A stretch of DNA of 64,000 bases from contig OZ287754.1 in assembly GCA_965649765.1 (NCBI GenBank), positions 33,108,001 through 33,172,000 on the forward strand. Direction: 5' to 3'. The number at the start of each line of letters is the position of its first letter. Within the stretch, counting starts at the first letter, position 1. The translations under genes were made by a program, and so were the position numbers. Shown piece by piece: positions 22,491 through 32,036 of the stretch. The notes beneath the pieces were generated by a model, which did no database searches, was not told the origin of the DNA, and was given only the letters and a program-made list of their open reading frames with translations. Source of the DNA: Bispira polyomma. Lineage: Eukaryota.

Positions 22491-22518
22491 TTTTTTTGTT
22501 GGTCTTCACAGGGACCTA

Positions 22519-23632
22519 TTAGCTCATACTCTGCCAAGTCACTGCCCCCTCATTCTGGAAGTAGCCCATGTATATATCTCTTTGTTCATTGGCTGCCCCG
22601 CTAGTATTCCTTCTTCTGGGATGGGTGGGTCGTCTTCTAGATTTTGGTGCAGTATTTCCTGGTTTATACTAGTGGTTCTCATCATATTGTGTAGGACGAC
22701 ACAGGCTATGGTTACGGTGGCTACCACTGATGGTTCTTGCTGCTTGGTAGAGAGTAGAGAATTTCTCTACCACCATTCTCTTCCGGGAAATCTTGTAGTT
22801 GTAACAGCCAGGGTTTCAGTGCAAAGGCATCATCTCCCAGAATTAAGTAGGGGATGGGATTCCTAAAAGAGGTTATGGCTTCAGGAGGGATGGACAGATT
22901 TTCTATATTCTCCTTTAGTTCTGACCTATTGCATATCTTGGAACCGGAGCTGGACTCACTAGATCCCAGGTTAACCCACAGGAACATGTACTCTGTGTCC
23001 ACCAAGGCTAGCATCACTATGGAGTGGAAGCCCTTGTAATTGAAATATTTACTGCCCCCTTTTATTGGACATCGAATAGCACGCTTTCCATCTATGGCGC
23101 CCAGGGCATTTGGTACATGTGTTCTTGAAGACAGACTCAACCTTCTTCCAGAGCTCTGAGGTGGTGGGGGAGGCCAGAAATTCTTCCTGGCACTCATCTA
23201 TGATGGCCTGGCAAACCGGTGGCACAAACTTTGTGTATCCCAGTTGCCAAATGTCTTAAAGTGAAAGCTATCTTGAGTCTAAGGGACAGTGGTTTCATGA
23301 ATCAGGTGGTCTGTTTCTGTAACCTGTGCCCCACTTCCTCTCCATTTCCTGGAATAATTCCGGGGACATCCTTAGAAAATTCCTGTAAGACCCAAGAACT
23401 TGCCCCTCCATGCGTGGCAGAAGTTGTGTCTAGTGACCATGTTCTTCCTTTCGCTTTAGCCATGGTTTGACCTAGAATCTACATTTTGCTCTTCTTGTTA
23501 TGCCCACCCTTCCTTAAACATCTGGGTTCTCTGCCTCTCGGAGACTTCTTCTTCTTCTTCCTTCAATGTCTATAATAGCCATTAATTGTATTTGCATGCT
23601 CTTGCAATTTCTATTAATGTCTGTTGAACCAT
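22519..23632 (-). pseudogene. Harbinger (HARBI1-like DDE) transposase of H1, frameshifted
   Basis: PNALGAIDGK, YFNYKGFHSIVMLALVD, YLILGDDAFALKPWL, IACVVLHNM; C-terminus RDIYMGYFQNEGAVTWQSMS*. Confidence 0.92.
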
Positions 23633-24271
23633 CTCTTTCACTTGACTGAACAATTAAAACTGACTGGATACATGGTTCCAGCCCTTTAATATAGTTTCTT
23701 CGGGACAATCTGGAGGTTCCCCCGAGTGTGAATGACCAGGATTGGGTCAGTCGGGGAGGTCGGGTCATAGATCATTGGTTCTTACAAACAATCCGGCAAT
23801 CAATCGCAATGCAAAAAATCAATCAGTCCTTGTGTATGACTTATCTTTTCAATTGTTAACCAATATGAAAATATAATCAGGTGACTCTCGGTTTTTTAAC
23901 ACAGATAGGGCCACAATGGGGTAAAATGCCCACAAATGACTATTATCAAATTATCAAGGCTTGGCTCCAATTGCTTGGCTAACTGAAACAGTACCGTAAA
24001 GAAAATATAATCACAATTTAGGCAAAATATATAAACAATTTACCCTATTTTTACTAAAAAATCCAGCATAAAGGTGATCTCATTACTGAAAAACATACAC
24101 AATCTTCTGTTATTACAATCAAGCCTTGAAAATTAGAGGCATTTAGTATATCAGTATGTTAGGTGAACATTTATTATTAAACCCCTTTTTTATTTTTGTC
24201 AAAGTGATATTTTTATCTGATTACAAATACACCTCTATTTTAAATTCTACTATCCGAACCTGCTGTGAAGT

Positions 24272-24642
24272 AATATAATATGCATTATTACAGGTATACT
24301 ATTTGTGTGTCTTACTGACAGGGTGTGTTCATATAATAAGCATTATTACAGGTGTACTATATGTATGTTTTCCTAACAGGGTGTGTTCATATAATAAGCA
24401 TTATTACAGGTGTACTATATGTGTGTCTTCCTGACAGGGTGTGTTCATATAATAAGCATTATTACAGGTGTATTATATGTGTGTCTTCCTGACAGGGTGT
24501 GTTCATATAATAAGCATTATTACAGGTGTACTATATGTATGTCTTACTGACAGGGTGCTGTAATACAGGTGGTTGGCCTTGTGTTCATATAACAAGCAGT
24601 ATTATTACAGGTATACTATATGTGTGTCTTACTGACAGGGTG
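24272..24642 (+). repeat. 58-bp tandem repeat (6 acceptor copies) spanning the 3' splice site of the last lectin exon
   Basis: acag|ggtg at 24321, 24379, 24437, 24495, 24553 and 24638. Confidence 0.95.
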
Positions 24643-24874
24643 CTGTAATGCTGGTCAGGTGGTTGGCCTTACCTTCCTGTTCCTGGCTCTAACTGGTCTG
24701 ACAGTGGCTACAGTCTACATCATACACAGACTACGGACTGGCCAGGGTTTGCCCTTTATTAGTCAACCTGACGGAGCACTGCCTAGTCAACCTGTTACTG
24801 GTCTGGATAAAACAGCTACACCGGCAACCAACTTCCTCAGTAACCCCAACTATGAGAACATTTCTAATGCTTAG
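24639..24874 (+). CDS. C-type lectin terminal exon: transmembrane helix plus cytoplasmic tail
   Basis: VVGLTFLFLALTGLTVATVYII hydrophobic helix, HRLR stop-transfer, tail ending NPNYENISNA*. In phase with the stalk exon; AATAAA near 24925 and 25153. Confidence 0.82.
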
Positions 24875-25246
24875 TACTCAATAGTACATACTCGAAAGTT
24901 CAACATTTATATGTTAGATAAACTAATAAAATTACACCAGAAGAATTTCGAGTGAAGAGGGGAAAGTTTAACCAGAAACAAAACAAGTGCTCTTCTACAT
25001 AAATGAACAGGATACATCAGAGCTCTATTTAATTAGATTAGCCTCTATGTACACAGTAGTGACCTTGATAATAGTAAATATTTTACAATACCATAATCTA
25101 CTTTTATGTTCTAGCCGTTAAACAGTGTCAATTCCCACTTAAATCATTCTCAAATAAAATCTATATACTTGTATTTTTTATGATGAGTATCATTATTATA
25201 TAAAATTGTCAGCCTTTTTATTTAGTGATCATTTATGTGTGCTTTC

Positions 25247-25560
25247 TGTGGGATAGTGGCTAGAGTATCTTACGTAAGATCTAAGTGTCTAGGTTCTATT
25301 CTCGTGTCTGGCTTGGACAAGGTATTTTACACAAAGTTGTCCCTCTCCACCCAGGTGTATAAATGGGTACCTGGCCTCTAATGGATGTTACTCTTTGCGC
25401 CGTATGTTGCAGCATGGCTAGTATTCTTCCTGAGGGAGCTGACACTGAACAATTGGTTGACAAGAGAAAGAACCCAGGCTGGGGATGTAAATTATTAAGT
25501 TGGATGATACCCCAATTGAGGTGATATCAGACTATAAAGCTACACACATTTACATTAATA
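25247..25560 (+). mobile_element. Degenerate tRNA-headed CORE-type SINE
   Basis: Degenerate A/B boxes, then CTTGGACAAGG...CTCTCCACCCAGGTGTATAAATGGGTACC. Confidence 0.65.
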
Positions 25561-25734
25561 GTTGTGGAAAACTACACTTATGGTCACATATCTATCAACA
25601 AAATCTCCCCTATTTAATTATGTTTATTTACTCTCTACCAGGCTTCATTTTCTGATTCTGCTGTTTCTGATAATAGAACCTTTTGTATATACATACTGGC
25701 TATATGATTTGAGAAAGCTGAGATTTACAAAGAA

Positions 25735-26435
25735 ACAATCAACTTTTGCTAGTGTCACAGACGAGGAGGTTTTGAAATTTGTCAATGGATCTTCAACAAA
25801 ATCTTGTGTGCTGGATCCATGACATACATCATTGACGAAATGCATGGACATTTAACTTCCATCCTTTACAAAACACATCAACATGCCACTAGAAAAAGGT
25901 GATATACTTGATCCCTTTAAAAAGGCTGTTACTCCTCTGATCAAGAAACCGAATCTGATGAAAGATGATTTTAAAAATTATAGACCTGTCTCTGGACTAA
26001 GTTTCATCTCTAAATTACTTAAAAACGTTGTTGCCGCACAAACTAAGTCACATCTGGACACAAATGTTTTGCAATTTACTACCAGTTAGTCGATTGAAGT
26101 GGACACTCTACAAAAACTGCTCTATTATCAGTGAAGAATGAGTTTAATATGTCACTCTCTAAGGGCCTGCCCACTGCATTGGATTGCTTGATCTTTCGGC
26201 ACTTTTTGATACCATTGATCATAGTACTCTTCTGGATTGTGTGTCCTCATGGTCTGGTTTTAGGGTTGTTCTCCTTGATTGGTTTCAGTAATATTTTACA
26301 AATAGGTACCAGTCTGTATAGATTGCAGCTCTATATCTAATCTGTGTGTTAGGTGCAGTCATGTTCTCTCTGTACTCCACCCCATTGAATCGTATTGATA
26401 AATATAAATCAATGAAATATCATTTATGACCAGTT
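25735..26435 (+). mobile_element. L2/CR1-like LINE RT fragment
   Basis: KSCVLDP, FKKA.VTPLIKKPNL...NYRPVSGLSFISKLL, FDTIDH. Confidence 0.88.
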
Positions 26436-26814
26436 ATTTTGGTATTTCATTGTAATTGTATAGTCAGTTAATAGTAAGTTAGTATAATAATCAGCATAAT
26501 GTTGATGTATGTGATATTGTAATATTAAATGTATGACTACTTGTTATTGTAATGACATAGATCATGAAGCTATTGTATAAGTTGTTGCTATTATAATCAC
26601 AAAGATGTATAAGTAGTTGCTAGTGTAATATGAAAACTATTGTATCAATGCCTACAATTGTAAGGGTAATGCTAATACTTCACTTTATATTGTACTTACA
26701 AATACTATTGTTAATCAATTTGCTATTGTACCAATGTCATTAAAAGATGTTTAATAAAGATCCCCATCCAATAATGCATCAAAGCCTTTATCATAGAATT
26801 GCAACTGCCAACTT

Positions 26815-27242
26815 TCTCACTTGTTTCACTCATTTCACTGACCGGTGTATGTATAGGCAATTGTTCTTGTTGTTCTTCACGCACTGGCAGTAGTTTCCTT
26901 GTTAAAAATGTAACTGTCAATTTTCTAAATTGACATTTTTTATGTCGAGATTGTCGAATCTTCTCTTCAAGGAATTCCACCAGACCTTGAGTACTTCTAC
27001 ATAGACACCCAAACTATCAGCTTTCTTCTGCTGCCACAGGCGATTTTCAGACACTCTATTAGTTCTTCCTGATCCTCTTAAGATTACATCAACGGTTTGC
27101 CCTCTTCTTAGAATCTGCTGACTGACTATCCTCATCATTTGTTTGCGTGTTACTTGTTTCACTCATTTCACTGACTGGTCTATGTATAGGCAAATGTTGT
27201 TACTGTTCTGTTCTTCCTTTCACTGGCAGTAGTTTTTCCTTA
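26815..27242 (-). mobile_element. Possible MADF/Myb-SANT-like transposon fragment bounded by about 85-bp direct repeats
   Basis: RLWQQKKADSLGVYVEVLKVWWNSLKRRFDNL; repeat at 26819-26900 and 27152-27240. Confidence 0.4.
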
Positions 27243-29769
27243 TTAATTGCATCCATGAGAGGTAATTTAAGAAAAACAGACTTTCAACCTCTTTTTGGCA
27301 TTGTATACAATTAAAAGTGATAGTTCATAACATATCCCAGTAAATCATGGTCAAATATACAAACTTGAAAGGACACTATGTTAATAAGGTTACTATATTA
27401 GGAAAATGAAAACAAAAGAGATAAAATGGCTTGCAAACTGCTACGAACTGGTGACAACAGATCATCATTGGGAGCAATCAGTTTTTACTCAGGCAAGATC
27501 GGGTGAGATAAGGAGACATCTGGGTATAAACAGCTGATAAACTATCGAAAACATGGACAAATTAGTATGGACGTTTTAAATCAGGGGAAAACATTACATC
27601 ATCTGGAGCAAACGTAAAATAATCTGGAGAAAATGTAACATGATATGGAATAATATGGTGAGATCGCATGTTAAATTGGGGGGAAAAAATACCCGATTTT
27701 AGCGCTTCATAACACGACCTCATAAGTTCTGCCTATTTTTTGCCCCGGATGTAACCCATTTATGCTCCGACCAATCCCGTTCTTTCAAGATGTGGTTTCC
27801 AGAGCAGACTGTCCACAAAAGTTTTGAACAAAATTACCGGCTCTGACACCAGGTCATGCATATCTCTCCAGTTTGTAGCCAAATGCTAGAAGTTTTCTCC
27901 GGATCACACAAGATCTTGAAATTGGCAGTAAACGGCTATATAGATTATGGAAGTTTTAATGCTACATTACCCATACCAATAGAAATATTGTTTAATATTA
28001 GGAGTGTAAAGGTAATTTAGAATGACTTAAAAGATAAAAATGACACATGAAAAAAGACGCAATGAATGACAAAAGTTCATAACAAAAGTCATAAACAAAA
28101 AAACAAAAAGATCTATACAATATACTATAAATAGTTTTTATACAAGCAATCAATCTTAAATTTGGCACTTATCTAAAATTCGCCACATTTTCATGTATTA
28201 TGCGTAACAAAGTAAAAAGGAAAAAACTCGTTTCTCATTACATGCCAAACTAGGTTATTTGAATAGCTAATGTACAGATAAGGGGAAGTTATTATTAGTA
28301 CAGATATTTAAGGTGGCATATTTCAGATTTATTTTATTATATACAAACATATACACATGTCAGTCTCGACATGTCGAGTTGATTACAACATATCAATAGA
28401 CAGTTTATTACAAGAACAGACAGTTCAGAACATGCAACAATCACCGAGACTCCCATAAATCTGAGCAAGTCTATTTAAATATAGCCAGTAAACAATCCCT
28501 ATCATTCCAGCCCTGTAATTGGCCTCAAGCTGTTTTTGTAGCCGATATGTACATAAATTCCCTCCAGTTTTTGTTTCTTTAGAAGAAATTGTCATTTTGT
28601 AATTAGAAGATTATTATAACTCTGAATAGAGTGTTTGTGTGACGTTTCTTTCAGAAGGTGTGAAATATTAAGACTTTTTTAAAAAAAAAGCTTTGAGGCT
28701 GTTTCTTTCCAAACTCAGTGAAAATAATTGGCTCTCTATATCTTCAAAGAACTAAATCCTATTTACCCAGTATTTTGTGTTAATTTATGGGGAAGTATGC
28801 AATTAAGAGGAGAATATGACAGTGTGAATGGCAGGAATGTGGAGACATTGTGAGGACTTCAATCCGGGAGTAATCCCTCGAGCTAATCTTTAACGTTGTC
28901 ACAAAACAAACACAGTCCAAGTTTTAGGTTTGAGTTAATGGTTCCCAAAAAAAAAACTACATTCAGAAAAGTTAACATTATAATATACATTTAAACACAA
29001 AATAAAAGAACTATGTTTAAAACCCATAATTAAAATAATGAACTAAATAATATGTTTTTGCCGATCATACAACACAACAAATTAAAGTGTTAATCTCTCA
29101 CGTTAAACTAGTCAAATATTATCAGAAAAGGTAAAATTCTGACTTTTATTGTTAATACAAATCCAGCTTAAACTGAAAATCATACAGTGAACTAGATTTC
29201 AGTATTATTATTTAACTTATTTTACATTATCCTAATTATTAAGCTCCATCAACAGTTTTCTGCTCTAAGTGAAAAGCACTTTTAATTATTGTCTTGTAAG
29301 TTAAATGTTATCAAGTGGAACCCCTTTAAAAGGGTATGACTTCTCACAGATCACTTTAATTTTCTTAAAGACTGTATTTTCTAAAAGAAAAATTTTAAAA
29401 CTGAAATAGATTGTACTTCACAGACAAATGTCCTATGGCAAATTTCTTTGGGTAAACAAACTTAATGAAACTATATTTATTATTACAAATTATTTATTAA
29501 ATATGCTTTATTATTAATGCACATTATGAATAAATTGTAAAGAGATAACGTTGACATAACACCACAACACATAGAAGTTCAATTAGAGTTGGCACACATC
29601 TCAGGATGTTGTTAACTGATACCATAGAAGTAGAAGTTTGACCAGGAATAAACTTTTTTCAACTAGTTTATAATTTACAAGGAATTTACTGGAATTTATG
29701 TTCAATGTTGGCCATTTTCTAAACACGAAATCATTATAAATGTTAACTTTCACTGAAATTTAATATTAC

Positions 29770-30591
29770 CAGCCACGCCCGGAGCTGCCAGATCTCCAGT
29801 CATACCACAACTTCCTCAGGATGCCCCTGACGTATTCCAGGAGATGGAGAGGAGGGTGGGGCACAGGATACAGACACAGACCACCTGGTACAGGAAGGCA
29901 CTGCTCCCTGGACTTAAGATAGCTATCACTTTGAAGCATTTGGCTACTGGGGTGTCCTACACATTGCCGCAGTTCGTAGTGGGCAGGTCAACCATAACCA
30001 AGTTTTGCCACAAGTTTGCCATGCCATCATCAACAAGTATCAGGAAGAATTCCTTACATACCCCACCAGCCCTGATGACTGGAAGAAGGTCGAGTCTCTG
30101 TTCCGAAACACATGGAACATTCCTAATGCCCAGGGGCAATAGACAGCAAATACATCTCTATGAGATGCCCGAGGAAAGGAGAGAGTACTTCAACTACAAG
30201 GGGTACCACTCAATCATCATGCTTGTCCTGGTAAATGCAAATTACCATTTTCTGTGGGTCGACATAGGTTTAAGCAACTCATGCTTTGATGCCCAGATTT
30301 TTAACAGATCCGAACTAAAGGAGGAAAATAAAGGATCACTCAATCAACTTCCCCCCCTGAAACCATTAGCCCCATGGTCCTGCAGAATGTGATGAGGACC
30401 GCAGCTATTAACATGGCTAATCCAGCTAGTTCAGAAGATGACCCACCTGTCCACAGATAGCATCACTTGTTGGAGAAAACAACCCACCCAACTGTAGAGA
30501 TACCAGCAGTGTGCCCAAAGAACAGAGGGAGCTACTCATGGAATATTTCACCAATAAGGCGGCAGTGCCATTACAAAACGACCAAGTTTGA
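29770..30591 (+). pseudogene. Harbinger transposase of H2, truncated and frameshifted
   Basis: YHNFLRM, PGLKIAITLKHLATG, YFNYKGYHSIIMLVLVNANYHFLWVDIG; C-terminus RELLMEYFTNKAAVPLQNDQV* (TGA 30589-30591). Confidence 0.9.
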
Positions 30592-30636
30592 GTCTACACC
30601 TCTACACCTGAGCCTGAGTCAAGAATAAACCTAAAA

Positions 30637-30657
30637 GGCCCTTTTCAGGGCCACCTA
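30637..30657 (+). terminator. Histone-type 3' stem-loop after H2 transposase
   Basis: AAAA-GGCCCT-TTTC-AGGGCC-ACCTA, 45 nt after the stop codon. Confidence 0.85.
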
Positions 30658-30729
30658 AAACATCCAAAAAACATTGTCTAAGCTGTTCTTGATTTTTTTT
30701 TTATAAAACTCCTCATGACAAGAAGCATA

Positions 30730-32036
30730 CTCTGAGGAGAGTTGAAGCTGTAGAGGCATTCAGTAGGTCTGATACTCCTTCCACTGACAATGGGTTTGTG
30801 TACTGGTGGCTAGTGTTGACTGCGGCCTGACAGGTGAGCGCTAAATACGTTGTAGCAGTCTTTGTTACAACAGACGTTGTTACTGTTGAGATACAAATGC
30901 GGATGGAGCCATCTGGTATTTGTACCTGGTACTGCTGATGCTGTGGGAACTGTGGCACTGCTTGTGGTGTGACCACCTGGACCTGGATAACGTTCACAAG
31001 GTTGAATGCCTCCCTTCTGAAGTGATTGAAATGTTCATCTGCCAATTTCATCTGCCCTCAGCCTTGGGCTTGCTGGCCTCGTGGAGGAAACCTGGGATGG
31101 TGTCCTGTATCGTGACCAGCCTATCTCTCAGCTCAGTAAACAGTTCCGCCCTGGGGTTCAGGGTTGATCTGGCACAGATTGAAGATTATTTTGAGGTTCT
31201 CCCAGTAGATGCTACCAGCAAGAAAGACTCCATCTTTGTTTCAGTTCCCTGGTCTGTGTCTGACTGGGATATTGAATGCACCTCCCTATCCCCAGCTGTG
31301 TCAGTCTGATACTTCACATTATGTGGTGGTTCAACATTTAAGAATGATCAACAAAATGAGCCCGACTTTGAAATTGGAGCATTCGGGGCAAAAAACTCAA
31401 TTACTTAAATATTTTGGGCAGAAAAATATAAGTGTGGGGCGACCTTCCCGATCGAACTGATTGTGTCCCATTTTGACACCAACCAAGATCAACCTTAAAG
31501 TCCGTAATAAAACTGACCTGACCTCCCCGATCCCGATGTTTGATTAGGATCAAACTTATTGACAATACGATCTGACGTATTGCCCTAGGTCGACCGTGTC
31601 GGCAATAGGATCTGACAGATCTGTACCCCCTTCTCACACAATCGTACTTCTAATAATCAAGGTCAGGACTGCTACGGCAAAATACCAGCAAAATGGTTTT
31701 ATATTCTTCCACACCAGTGTTAGGACAGGCTTGGAGTGTGATAAGACCTAACAGACAGAACGTAATGGCAATCTGATTGAACTTATTTGGCGATAACAAC
31801 CTTCCCGTTCTTAGAGTCAGAAGAGACCACCACATTCGCCCCGTTTTTGTCCCCGACCTATATGGACACACCCCGGACCTCAAAAATCGGGAAGGTTGGG
31901 GAGCAAATCGGCATAGTGGAACCAGCGTTCCCTCCTTCACCATCACCAGGGTCTGGGAAGGCTGTGTTTCTGGGATGAAATCCTGCACGTCTACATGCTC
32001 AATCCTCCCCTTCTTACTCTTTCTTTTTGGTGCCAT
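30730..32036 (-). pseudogene. Harbinger accessory ORF2 of H2, split by a nested insertion, 3' end deleted
   Basis: Homologous to H1 ORF2 at the N-terminus and in two C-terminal blocks. Confidence 0.65.
31320..31930. mobile_element. Nested non-autonomous Harbinger-like element inside H2 ORF2
   Basis: Right end AATCGGCATAGTGGAACCAGCGTT resembles the H2 TIR. Subterminal inverted similarity (cccga.ttt.ga...tcgggg.caaaaac). Left end poorly defined. Confidence 0.55.

Larger units (their letters stand above)
20770..23890. mobile_element. PIF/Harbinger transposon H1 (degenerate, ends truncated) with two convergent genes, inside the last lectin intron
   Basis: Transposase on the minus strand; accessory ORF2 on the plus strand; subterminal region shared with H2 and H3. 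Confidence 0.88.
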
